Below, piece by piece: positions 22,822-32,231 of a stretch of DNA of 34,119 nt. The notes beneath the pieces were generated by a model that was not told where the DNA came from, made no database searches, and saw nothing but the letters and a program-made list of their open reading frames with translations. Within the stretch, counting starts at the first letter, position 1. Every line of letters begins with the position of its first letter. The translations under genes and the position numbers were made by a program. This stretch comes from a virus (lineage: Duplodnaviria > Caudoviricetes). The stretch spans positions 1 through 34,119 of the IMG/VR virus record IMGVR_UViG_3300037851_000515. One strand, given 5' to 3'.

Positions 22822-25452
22822 TTAACGCTCACTAATTGCATAGCCGTGAAATATTGTATAACCATCGCCGTTTGCAATTTGGAAGTTTTGACCAACCGCC
22901 GTTGCCAAAAGCTGTACCGTGTCACCCGCGTCCAACAAAGCAACCGTTTCTAATGTCTCCGAAAAATAACCCGTTGCGGCATAGCCTTGATTCATAATCA
23001 CTGACAGGGTTGTTGCGCCATTTTTATAAATTGTAAAGTACACATTGGTTGGAGATATTGCGCCAAGCACGAAATGAAGTTGCGAATAAAGGTAATACAA
23101 ACCAGAATATGGTGCCGTAAAGGTTGATGTAGCCGTGTTATAATTTGAACTTAAATCATGATTTTCTGTTTCAAACAAAACCGCCGTTCCGCCAGCTCCG
23201 GCGGTAATTGTTTGCGCTGCACCCGATTTGTAAGCCCGGAAAGAACACACAGGCATTTTGAATGGAACAGGCGTGATTGCCGAAGGCGCTGTCGCCCACG
23301 TCCCGGCAGCAGCTTCGGTAACCCTAATCCTTCCCAATAATCTCACGGCAATATTAGCTCTCGCGGTCGTCGAATATAGCGTTGCAATTGCATCCGCCGC
23401 GCCAGCGCCACCCTCGGCGGTTGAGGAATTGACCGAACCTTCGTCCAATATTTTTCCGTTTATGATGCCTAGTTCAATGGTTCCAGCGTTGTTGATTGCA
23501 TAAACATAAAGATTGGCTTCATCTCCGTTTGTAGTGCCAAGTGTTGAACCAGAAGAAACTGTCACGGATGTTGCCGCAACGGCAGAAACAATGGAATAAA
23601 CCGAGCTGGTTATCGTTGCAGATCTGAAACCGATCTTGACGGGATTAAGAGCTGAAGGATCGTTACCATCGTTGCCCTTTAGTGCAACCGTTAGAGCATT
23701 GCCCGCTACCGTTGCTGTGAAACTACAATTTTCAATCCAATATGCGCTTTTGACTGTCGCAGAGATGGCAGCAGAAAAATCGATTATCGCCGCGCCGTCA
23801 TCATAGACAGGAGCGGCTTTTGTCGTGTCATAAAGCAACGTTCCTTCTTTACGTGCCAAACCTGCAATATTTGCTGTTGTATTTTTCGGCAGCGTAATCC
23901 TTGATGTATCGCTTGCAGTACCGCCGTCATAATCTTTATTGGTCAATTGTTTCGGATGTGCTGCAAAAACAAACTCGTCATTTCCCGTCAGCAGAGGCAA
24001 AGAAACTGTGCGATTAGCGGTTAGTTCACTGACTGCAACATCGTAGGTATGGTCCGCAGAGGTATCGTTTATTTTTGGAGTAGTTAACGTTTTTGCTGAC
24101 AGGGTTTGCGCGTCGGAAGTCCCAACCACCGCTCCCGCCGGAACTGCTTTTGTTGATATGATCGCACCAGCGGCATCACGAGAAATAAACGTACTAGCAG
24201 CGCCTAAATCGGTTTTCAAAGAAGTTATTGCCACATCTGAAATGGTGTTGTTATCGCCGTCGATTGTTTTGTTGGTTAATGTCTGTGCGTCTGAAGTTCC
24301 GACAATATCACCCGTTGGTACGTTTTTAGTTCCCGAAACAACAACTCCAGCGGCATCGCGCACAACAAACGTTGATGCATGTCCAAGAACTGTTTTTAGA
24401 GTCGTCAGAGCCAAATCTTGAACTGTGTTATCGTCGCCATCAATTGTTTTGTTGGTCAACGTATCTGTCGATGTGCGTCCAACCAATGTATCGGTTGCAG
24501 CTGGCATGGTGAACGTTCCGCCACCGCCAGGAGCAGCGAGAACCATTGCGCCGCCAGTTGTCGTGAGGTTTGCCGATATTGTCAGATTACCCGTTAGGTC
24601 AAGAGTCCTCGTTGCGCCGTTAACTTTAAAATATAAATTACGATCTGCAACATCGTCCTCATTCCAAATCAGAACTAGATTGTTGCTATCGTCCAAATCG
24701 TTAAGAGATATGGCGTCCATGTCAATTGTTCCGGTCACGTTCAAATAACCATTGACGGTCATTCCTGCCGCGCCCGTTGTCGTGTCCAATTGCAAGAGGT
24801 TCAAAACGCCAGTTGAGCCTATCTGCAAAGCGTTTCCATCGTTGTCTTTCAAAAACAGTTGCGCATCCCCGTTGCCAAAAACAAACAGATAGTCACTTGA
24901 CCAAAAACCAAAACAGTTTGCGTTGTTCAGTAATGGTGCAATTGCAAACGTGCCAGACAATTTAACCTGAATCTTAACCCGCTCAACTCCAGCGTCCATT
25001 TGTATTGCATAATCGGGGGTTCCAGCGCCATCGTCTATCAACAAATTCCAAAGTGACACTCCGTCAACCGAAACCTGTACAATAGCACCTGCCGCAATTC
25101 CGGCGGTACTGTCGATAACAGACCCCTCACCCTGGCCAATAATTGTCACAGCTTTATCAATATTTAAAATGGCAGCTTGTGAATACGTGCCATCGAGAAG
25201 CAAAATCATCGAATTCGCCGCAACTGCCGCTATCGCCGTTGCAATATCCGTGTGCGTTGCATTGCCTGACGCAACATCAATAGCCGAGCCAACAATCGCA
25301 TCGAATTGCAATGATTCTGTGTTTGTCGGACTATTGTTGATTGCATTTGTTGCGTCCGTTGCCCATGCTGTTGCATCAGCGGCCCAACCGCGATCGCCTT
25401 CCTGCGGATATTGTCTTGCTGTACCTGATCGAATAGTTAAAGCAGTCGTCAT
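22822..25452 (-). CDS. fibre/adhesin with beta-helix-like segment, shaft repeats and C-terminal C1q-like domain
   Basis: HTDIATAI...ILLLDGTY cap; three VG.....TL..KT repeats; C-terminal SFRAY...VLF.....D...NYN..TSTFTAPYSGLY...L.AGDTVQ C1q pattern. Confidence 0.75.
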   Translation of the reverse strand: MTTALTIRSGTARQYPQEGDRGWAADATAWATDATNAINNSPTNTESLQFDAIVGSAIDVASGNATHTDIATAIAAVAANSMILLLDGTYSQAAILNIDKAVTIIGQGEGSVIDSTAGIAAGAIVQVSVDGVSLWNLLIDDGAGTPDYAIQMDAGVERVKIQVKLSGTFAIAPLLNNANCFGFWSSDYLFVFGNGDAQLFLKDNDGNALQIGSTGVLNLLQLDTTTGAAGMTVNGYLNVTGTIDMDAISLNDLDDSNNLVLIWNEDDVADRNLYFKVNGATRTLDLTGNLTISANLTTTGGAMVLAAPGGGGTFTMPAATDTLVGRTSTDTLTNKTIDGDDNTVQDLALTTLKTVLGHASTFVVRDAAGVVVSGTKNVPTGDIVGTSDAQTLTNKTIDGDNNTISDVAITSLKTDLGAASTFISRDAAGAIISTKAVPAGAVVGTSDAQTLSAKTLTTPKINDTSADHTYDVAVSELTANRTVSLPLLTGNDEFVFAAHPKQLTNKDYDGGTASDTSRITLPKNTTANIAGLARKEGTLLYDTTKAAPVYDDGAAIIDFSAAISATVKSAYWIENCSFTATVAGNALTVALKGNDGNDPSALNPVKIGFRSATITSSVYSIVSAVAATSVTVSSGSTLGTTNGDEANLYVYAINNAGTIELGIINGKILDEGSVNSSTAEGGAGAADAIATLYSTTARANIAVRLLGRIRVTEAAAGTWATAPSAITPVPFKMPVCSFRAYKSGAAQTITAGAGGTAVLFETENHDLSSNYNTATSTFTAPYSGLYYLYSQLHFVLGAISPTNVYFTIYKNGATTLSVIMNQGYAATGYFSETLETVALLDAGDTVQLLATAVGQNFQIANGDGYTIFHGYAISER

Positions 25453-25482
25453 GTCTTCACCCTATTTATTAAGCGGTAAATC

Positions 25483-25502
25483 GGGAGAGCCTAAGCTCTC
25501 CC
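25483..25502 (-). terminator. hairpin after the major capsid gene (probable leaky terminator or stabiliser)
   Basis: GGGAGAGC-TTAG-GCTCTCCC perfect 8-bp stem; weak T tract. Confidence 0.6.
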
Positions 25503-25533
25503 AAAAAGTGCACAGGAGTAAAAAACAATGCCT

Positions 25534-26793
25534 TTAAGAAGCATTTACTATGTTGTTGATCCAAAGCATTTGGTGAACGATTGGTGTGAATGCTGCACAA
25601 TTCCAATAGACGCGAGTTTCGATACCGGCGTTATTTTCCATCGTGCGCAAATATTGCTTTTCACCATTCACAACCATTCCTGGAAGTTCAAAAGTAGGAG
25701 TACAAGCCGCGCCAACTTTGGACACAGACTTGGACAATTTTGGAAGAATAACGGCATAACCTTCTTTCATCATCGGATGTTGACGAATGTGGGTTGCGCC
25801 AGCTTGGGAAATGAAGGTTAGCTTTTCAGCGCCGTTTACGTATTCGTCTTGTGAATACTTGGCATCATAACGCCTCAAAGCAGCCTGATCGGTGCCAAGA
25901 TCGGCATACGCTTGAGAATGGACAAAGATATCAATTTCGCGAATATCTGAACCCAATCCTCTATTGACGCCTTGAGCAATCGCCTTCATGATTTTTTGGA
26001 AAGACAAAGCAGCTGCACCAGCTGAATAGGTTCCAACGCCGCGCCATAACGAATAGGTTGCGCGGTTGATACCGAACAACGTGCCAGTTGTTGGGGTTAT
26101 GATTTTATACAAACCCAACATGCAATTTGCGCCCGATGCGCCGTCAGCTTCGAAAAACACAACATCAGTCGCAGCCGTCCCAGCCGGTGCCGCGTCAACT
26201 GTGATTTGACGGTTTTCAATATCAACGCCTGTAATCGAGCAAGTACCTCTAAGAACACCAGCCGCGCTTTCGATTCTCAGTTCTCGACCTTCTGCGCCGA
26301 TCCAAAGTCCTGGAGCGTATTCAGCAGTTGTGATTGTGAAAGTCGTACCAGCGACAGCGCTCAACGTTGCAATACCTTGTTGTCCCCAAAGCATATCAAC
26401 TTCTTGATAAAAATAAGCGGATTTGAGCATGTTTTGAATCACGCCTTTTGTCGCAGCAACAAAGGAATTTTTGTTTTTGCTTCGGAAAATTGTTTCATAA
26501 TCCAATGCCGATCTCAAAAGAAACTGACTTCCTGCCAAGGTTGCGTTTTTGGTTGCCATGGCGACAGGAGCGTTAAGAGCAAAAGCTCCAGCGGAAGACG
26601 CGGCTTTGGTGACGCCGTTTTCCAAGGTCAAATTCACTGGCAATGAATAATCACCGCCTGGTTGCTGATCTCTAGGAAGCTCGGCAGCCTCTTTTGCAAT
26701 GATCACGTTATCGGGAATTAAATCTTTGACTTTGTCGGCATAGGCAGTTTTAAACCAGGCATTCAAGGTCGTCATGTCATTAACAGTAGTCAT
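25534..26793 (-). CDS. major capsid protein
   Basis: 419 aa after portal and scaffold; strong GAAAGGA RBS; followed by a hairpin; N-arm L...FKTAY and TLFGINR.TY.LW motifs. Confidence 0.85.
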   Translation of the reverse strand: MTTVNDMTTLNAWFKTAYADKVKDLIPDNVIIAKEAAELPRDQQPGGDYSLPVNLTLENGVTKAASSAGAFALNAPVAMATKNATLAGSQFLLRSALDYETIFRSKNKNSFVAATKGVIQNMLKSAYFYQEVDMLWGQQGIATLSAVAGTTFTITTAEYAPGLWIGAEGRELRIESAAGVLRGTCSITGVDIENRQITVDAAPAGTAATDVVFFEADGASGANCMLGLYKIITPTTGTLFGINRATYSLWRGVGTYSAGAAALSFQKIMKAIAQGVNRGLGSDIREIDIFVHSQAYADLGTDQAALRRYDAKYSQDEYVNGAEKLTFISQAGATHIRQHPMMKEGYAVILPKLSKSVSKVGAACTPTFELPGMVVNGEKQYLRTMENNAGIETRVYWNCAAFTPIVHQMLWINNIVNAS

Positions 26794-26811
26794 TTTAAAA
26801 TCCTTTCAAAA

Positions 26812-27888
26812 TTACAATTGGTCAAAAAATTCTGATAATGTTTGTTTTTTTCTTTGCTTCGAATTTTGCTCAGGCAGTTCTTCCAGTTCAACATGCTCAC
26901 CGCCAAAATTAGCCCTTCCCGACGATTGATCTGGTGTTGGTCCGCGTTCGTGCTTTTTGACTAATGCGCGTTGGATTCGTTTGAGTACGTCTTCGTCCAT
27001 AACATCTAAGATATGGTCGTCTGAGACTTCGGAGAAGACATCTCTCACACCGGTTTTCCATTCTTGTTTTGCTAGATATACTGCATCATCAACGGAAAGG
27101 GTTTTTCCGTAATGTTGAGCAAGCATAAGTTTTCCAACGGCCGCGCTAATAATCTGCGCCTTGCGGTCTTTATTAGCCTTGTTGAAGCCGTGTTTTTCCA
27201 TTGCTGTAATTAATTCCTGTTCGACTTTTTGCTGTTCTCTTTGAGTTAGTTCGTCAAATTCTCTTTTGTCTTTTTCGTGTTTCAGCTGTTGATTTTCTTG
27301 CTCTAGCTGAATTCTTTTTTGTTGCTCTTCAATCGCTTTTCTCTCGTGTGGCGTCATGTTTTCAAGAGCCACCTTTTCCTCAAGCAATTGATAAGCTAAT
27401 TCGTATTTATCAATGCCAAGCTTGTCGGCCATGTCGAACATTTTTCGGGGATTGGTTTTAAATTCGTTGAAAAGTTCTTCTTGCTGTTTTTGAAGTTGTT
27501 TAGCTTCCTGAAGTTTTTTGTATCCCGCCTGTGTAAGTCCAAAGCCTTTAAAAACCTCTTCCGGTGTGGCGAGGAATTTCTTGCCATCAATCGGAACAAC
27601 GAATTTAAGGTTTCCGTCATTATCGAAAACGGGTTTGACTTCTTTTGGAATGCCTGCGTAGGAGCAAAATTGCTCAACCTGCTCTTTAGAAAGGCGTGGG
27701 GGTTGAGTTTTGTCTTGGCTCTGTTTTTCATTTTTGTTGCTATCTGGGAGGTTCGTAGCGGTTTTTTTAGGTGTTGCCTTATCACTCGATTCCCCCACGA
27801 AAGGAGCATTGCCTTCGTCGGATGTTTCTGAATTTTCTTGAGTGTCGGCAACATCATTTTGGTTCAAATTGTTGTTTTCCTCAGACAT
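26812..27888 (-). CDS. capsid scaffolding protein
   Basis: Acidic disordered N-terminus, V.IDGK, long coiled coil and terminal SEFF motif; between portal and capsid genes. Confidence 0.75.
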   Translation of the reverse strand: MSEENNNLNQNDVADTQENSETSDEGNAPFVGESSDKATPKKTATNLPDSNKNEKQSQDKTQPPRLSKEQVEQFCSYAGIPKEVKPVFDNDGNLKFVVPIDGKKFLATPEEVFKGFGLTQAGYKKLQEAKQLQKQQEELFNEFKTNPRKMFDMADKLGIDKYELAYQLLEEKVALENMTPHERKAIEEQQKRIQLEQENQQLKHEKDKREFDELTQREQQKVEQELITAMEKHGFNKANKDRKAQIISAAVGKLMLAQHYGKTLSVDDAVYLAKQEWKTGVRDVFSEVSDDHILDVMDEDVLKRIQRALVKKHERGPTPDQSSGRANFGGEHVELEELPEQNSKQRKKQTLSEFFDQL

Positions 27889-27906
27889 TTTTTTTCACCT
27901 ATGAAA

Positions 27907-29811
27907 TTAGATCGCCATGGGAGGCACTTCGCCACCTTCCGGTTGGATCGTTTCTTGTGGCATTATTTTGGTTGGTTGTGGGGGTTGGCCGCCGTAAATC
28001 AATGCAGCTATTTCATCGCCATTTCGAACAAAGGTCATGTGACCATTGATTAGATCAGTAACATTTTGCACAATCGCGGCATTTTGCGGGTTTGATGTCA
28101 TGTCGATGTCATAAAGGAGACTCTGCACCTCTTCGATCAAAAGTTTATGGTCTATGCCCGGTATCGGCACAACCTTCTTACCTTCCAAAAGACGTTCTTT
28201 GACCGCGCAAATGTAGTCGAACATCCGTTCGTCAGACTCCATAACGTTATTTAGATTGCCAGTATTAACGACATCAAAGAATTGTCTTGACGTGATGTTT
28301 TGCATTTTGAGCATTTCCATTGCAATTTCAACCTGGCCAGCTGCCGTTTTTGCAATTGGATTGACTTGCTCAACAATAACGCGCCCAACGTCTTTCAAGT
28401 CATCGCCTTTAAATGTCGCTATGTAACTTCTGTTTCCGCGACCAGAAATTTCATAGAATCTTTCATCTGTCGCCACTTTTTTGAGGTGTTTGAGGATGAA
28501 AGACGTTAGGTCTTCAAACGTCTCTAAATAGTTCTTTTCAAGCGCTTGAGAATATTGTTGCGCCATGTTGATTACGGTGGCCAAAGCGACACCTGATTTG
28601 AGGTTTGGAGTGTCTTTAACGTTGCCACGAACAACCGCGTTTTGCGCTGATAACGTTTCCATCGTCGAAATGCAGAGATTTAGAAAGTTATAAAGTCCGG
28701 GATTTTCTTGTGAAAGACTGATAGGCTTTGGCTCGACATCAGATTTAATGAGATTCAAACCGCCGGTGATTTGTTCCACAGTCACATCACCTTGGGACCA
28801 AATATTTTTTGTCCCAAATGCTTCCATATCCGAAAAAATGTAAGATAATGCATCGGCCAGCATGATTTGCGGACCACGCAAAATATTGGCGTCAGTGAAC
28901 CCAAACGAGCGATCGAGATACGTTGTTGATGCAATTGGAAAGATTGGAAGATCGTCGCGATATGGATTTTCTCCCTCATAGAGAACACATGAATCTCCGC
29001 CGTTCCCGATACTCAAAACAAACTTGCCGTTTTTAACTGTTGGAGTCGCTCGATGATATGTTGAGTAAACCCAAATATCATCTGTTGCATCCTTTTCGGT
29101 GTCACCTGTGTTTTGTGCAAGCCATCCGTACAAGTCACGGTCTTTGTCGTAAGTCCGGGCGAGAATTTCTTGTTTTTTGGCCGGAAATATCTTAGCAAGA
29201 TCGTATTTGTTTTTTCTTCTTCGAATGATTACCCATTGCCAATTTTCTTTGGTCTTTTTTGTGAAATCGAAATAGACATCGAACGATGATAGTGCCTCGA
29301 ATTCAAAATCACCTTCTTTGATTGGCTTATTGTTTTCATCAACCATAACAGTTCGGCCAATCATCGGGTTATATTCAGCGGCAACATATCCGTCGCCATC
29401 GACAACGGCAAATTCGAGAGCCTGAGCGATGTAACGAGAAAGACGTTTTGAATTGTAGTAATACTTAACGATGTCCTTGCCAATTTTGGCGGATCTTCTG
29501 GCACCTAAAGTTGTGTTACGAGCTGTCACATCATAGGCGGGTACTTTTGAAGTATGAGCATTGACGACATGTCTGAGGATGTTTCGGAAGTGGTTGAAAG
29601 AGACAGCTTTTAATTCACCAACATCGCCGCAATCAATGATATCTTGGTCTTTTGCCTGGCCAAAAATTCTGTTTTCATAAAGAGAGCGGTTTTTGATCCA
29701 TTGTTGATAGTAGGTGTTACGTTTAGTGTATTCCTGAAACGCATGGACCTTTTCAGCAATTTCTTGCGCCAGTTCGTCGCCTTTTTTGGCGACCCAGTAC
29801 ATCTCATCCAC
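27907..29811 (-). CDS. portal protein (podovirus type)
   Basis: About 634 aa directly after TerL; start reassigned to GTG 29811 (AGGTGG RBS); SGVAL motif and helical barrel region. Confidence 0.85.
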   Translation of the reverse strand: MDEMYWVAKKGDELAQEIAEKVHAFQEYTKRNTYYQQWIKNRSLYENRIFGQAKDQDIIDCGDVGELKAVSFNHFRNILRHVVNAHTSKVPAYDVTARNTTLGARRSAKIGKDIVKYYYNSKRLSRYIAQALEFAVVDGDGYVAAEYNPMIGRTVMVDENNKPIKEGDFEFEALSSFDVYFDFTKKTKENWQWVIIRRRKNKYDLAKIFPAKKQEILARTYDKDRDLYGWLAQNTGDTEKDATDDIWVYSTYHRATPTVKNGKFVLSIGNGGDSCVLYEGENPYRDDLPIFPIASTTYLDRSFGFTDANILRGPQIMLADALSYIFSDMEAFGTKNIWSQGDVTVEQITGGLNLIKSDVEPKPISLSQENPGLYNFLNLCISTMETLSAQNAVVRGNVKDTPNLKSGVALATVINMAQQYSQALEKNYLETFEDLTSFILKHLKKVATDERFYEISGRGNRSYIATFKGDDLKDVGRVIVEQVNPIAKTAAGQVEIAMEMLKMQNITSRQFFDVVNTGNLNNVMESDERMFDYICAVKERLLEGKKVVPIPGIDHKLLIEEVQSLLYDIDMTSNPQNAAIVQNVTDLINGHMTFVRNGDEIAALIYGGQPPQPTKIMPQETIQPEGGEVPPMAI

Positions 29812-29861
29812 GATGACCCCACCTACCCGCAAAATTTGAAAAATATTAAATTCTAATTTAG

Positions 29862-29890
29862 AATATATGGTTTTTTTTTCCAAAAAGCAA
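29862..29890 (-). promoter_or_regulatory. putative promoter upstream of the portal gene
   Basis: TTGCTT-17 bp-TATATT on the minus strand in the TerL-portal gap. Confidence 0.5.
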
Positions 29891-31363
29891 TTATTTGCCG
29901 ACGAGACGCCCTAAACTAGCTTTTGGTTTTAAAGTCGGATGGTGTGGGTTGATAAAATTTTCAATGCGAGAAGCATTTGCCCAGGGATTTGGAAAAGGGT
30001 TTTTTTGCCAATCTATGTTGTCATAAGCATAGGCGAGGCACATGAGCAAGTCTAAATGTCCCATGGTTTCGGTGCGTTCGAAGTCAGTTCTTCTCTCGTT
30101 CCAAAGCCCGTATTTAAGTTGTTTGATGAGATTTGGACAATTAGGTTCAACGATCAAAATCTTATTGCTCATGACGCCGATACGAAGTTGGTTGATAACA
30201 GAATCACGAAAACCCATGGTAGTTTGTTTTGATCTTTTGGTAATTGGAGAAACTGGATATCCATGGTCTTTTGCCATGTCGAAAAGCTGTTGTTGATCCG
30301 AGCAATCCCCTTTTCGCGAAACCTTTTCAATCCCTAACATCGTCTCGATTTGGCGGCATTGATTTGTAATCTCGCGGGTTGATTGGTAATGAATCCAAAT
30401 TTCCGATTCAATAATCATTCTAGCGCTTTGGAAATCCAGATAGTACCAAAGCCCTGCAAAATAATCCACGAAACCCAAGTCGAACATAGCTTGCCAGTCG
30501 AAATGACTTGGCCGAGAATGAAAAGGCACGAGGTAGTTTTGATTCTGAGCCTCTGGAATTACCAGCACGTTTCTGTTTGGGATCATCTCACATAGGTATT
30601 CACGGCGATAGTCGTCGGTGTCGATTCCTCCACACCGTTCAATGATTTTATCATGGCGTTCTTTTGTTATTTCGTTGAGCGCCAAGCTTTCAAGAATTGT
30701 CCACGTAAAGAGTTTTTTGGTAGCCTCTGCCTCTGCCACCTGTTCGACATAGGGATGAGTTAGGTCAATCGGCGGGGTTGATGCAACGATTAGCTGACCA
30801 TCGGTTGTGTCCAGCTGCGGAGATAAGACCGACTTAAGAACATAACTAGGTTTGTACTTCCAAAACGCATACTCATCGCAAAATATGATATCGGCTTCGA
30901 CGCCACGCGCTCGGTCGAGTTGTGCCGAGTCTCCACAACCAAAAACAAATATCTGTGAGCCGGTTGCAAACTGATAAATGCCGTTCTTAAGTTCGGGTTT
31001 AAGGCGGGGAGCATAATGATAGATATGATCAAACAGTATGGCGAGAATATCAAAAGCCTGCTTTTGCGTTTCTGCGCCATATCTAACAAGGATTTTTCCT
31101 TCGAGACAACGTTCTAAGATGTAGGTCAAGATTGTGGTACCCTTGCCAAACCGGCGATGGCACTTTGCAACAACCTTTTTTTCGTTGCGCAACATCAAGT
31201 AAAGACGTTGTTGAGAATCGCGCAAATACCATGGTGCAATGATCCCGCAAGCATAAAGTTTTTCAAAACCAGCAATGTCAATGGGTTTCATCTTAGCTTT
31301 TTTTTCAGCGTGAGCCTTTTCGAAACACTCACGTCTAGTCAATTTCGGTTTGCGCGTTTTCAT
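29891..31363 (-). CDS. terL: terminase large subunit
   Basis: Walker A HRRFGKGT, Walker B IFCDE, coupling motif ASTP, RNase H-like nuclease FDLGFVD...HLD. Confidence 0.95.
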   Translation of the reverse strand: MKTRKPKLTRRECFEKAHAEKKAKMKPIDIAGFEKLYACGIIAPWYLRDSQQRLYLMLRNEKKVVAKCHRRFGKGTTILTYILERCLEGKILVRYGAETQKQAFDILAILFDHIYHYAPRLKPELKNGIYQFATGSQIFVFGCGDSAQLDRARGVEADIIFCDEYAFWKYKPSYVLKSVLSPQLDTTDGQLIVASTPPIDLTHPYVEQVAEAEATKKLFTWTILESLALNEITKERHDKIIERCGGIDTDDYRREYLCEMIPNRNVLVIPEAQNQNYLVPFHSRPSHFDWQAMFDLGFVDYFAGLWYYLDFQSARMIIESEIWIHYQSTREITNQCRQIETMLGIEKVSRKGDCSDQQQLFDMAKDHGYPVSPITKRSKQTTMGFRDSVINQLRIGVMSNKILIVEPNCPNLIKQLKYGLWNERRTDFERTETMGHLDLLMCLAYAYDNIDWQKNPFPNPWANASRIENFINPHHPTLKPKASLGRLVGK

Positions 31364-31781
31364 TGTTTTTTAATTTGTTCTTAAAATCTTTCGCTTGATT
31401 TATTAACGTCATTAATTCGTATTTATCAATTGATGAAACAGCTAATATGCCTTTTTGCAAGACTTCATGGCGTTCCGATTGATGCAATAGCGATTTTCCC
31501 AACCAAATCAATAATGATACGTTACCTTCTTGCGCTAATTTCAATTGCGTTCGTCTTAAAGAAAGTTTGGTTTTATTAAAATGTTTTTTATAAAAATCCG
31601 GGAACGCCACGTCACACTGCCTTTTGACGGCTGCGTGAAGGCCTTCTTCACTGATATCAAGGAAATCGCAGATTTCTTCTTGGGTTGCACCAAGTTTGCA
31701 CAACCCAGATAAGGCTTCGATATCTAAGACAATTGGTGGAGGCCCACCTTTTTTTTTCGGCAGTTTTGTTTCTTCGGCCAT
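31335..31781 (-). CDS. terS: terminase small subunit
   Basis: N-terminal HTH (GATQEEICDFLDIS), LRR.Q...A..GN...LIWLGK..L.Q motif; overlaps TerL; start reassigned to MAEETK. Confidence 0.8.
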   Translation of the reverse strand: MAEETKLPKKKGGPPPIVLDIEALSGLCKLGATQEEICDFLDISEEGLHAAVKRQCDVAFPDFYKKHFNKTKLSLRRTQLKLAQEGNVSLLIWLGKSLLHQSERHEVLQKGILAVSSIDKYELMTLINQAKDFKNKLKNNENAQTEID

Positions 31782-31824
31782 GTTAATGATCAAACCAGTT
31801 TTTTTGCTTTTTTGCATTACAAAA

Positions 31825-32210
31825 TTGTCAGACGATTTGGTCAGGATCATCTCAAACCATTGCCAATCAACGAGTGACACTATTTAGTGGCACAGTGTCA
31901 CTATCCCTCGGTAAGATTTTGTCAGAATTTGGATCCAAAATCTGACTGCGGTAGTCAGGATTGAGAGCTCGACTCCTGACTTAATCATGACTAATATTGT
32001 ACATTCTTTAATCACCTTCTGTACAATCTTTGAACATGTAAGAAATCCTTACGTGTTCGATCTGTTGTGAGTTTTTCAGTCATGATCGTCATTTTGTCGA
32101 TCAAACATTAACCAGCCGCAGGAATATAACAATTTGATATTATTATAATTTATTGTATTGACTTTGGCCCTAATATTGCTTAATAAAGCCTGTTAGGGCT
32201 TAGGCCGGAA
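31825..32210. other. non-coding cluster of palindromes and hairpins (packaging/regulatory locus or structured RNA)
   Basis: At least seven inverted repeats in the largest intergenic region; see findings. Confidence 0.7.
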
Positions 32211-32231
32211 CAACAAAAAGAGAGGTTAATC

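Noticed and set aside
22818-22943. 42-aa N-terminal extension of the 350-aa ORF
   Set aside because: It overlaps the fibre gene; the ATG at 22817 gives a clean lipoprotein signal peptide
22822-25452. Diversity-generating retroelement target
   Set aside because: No reverse transcriptase gene and no template/variable repeat pair seen; the internal repeats are shaft repeats
9600-31400. Numerous 60-150 aa plus-strand and nested ORFs in the ORF track
   Set aside because: They lie antisense to or inside well-supported long genes, lack RBSs and show mirror-frame composition
31825-32210. Mini-CRISPR array, tRNA, dif site or hammerhead ribozyme
   Set aside because: No identical 25-40 bp repeats, no cloverleaf with a T-loop, no XerC/D consensus and no CUGANGA...GAAA core found by eye
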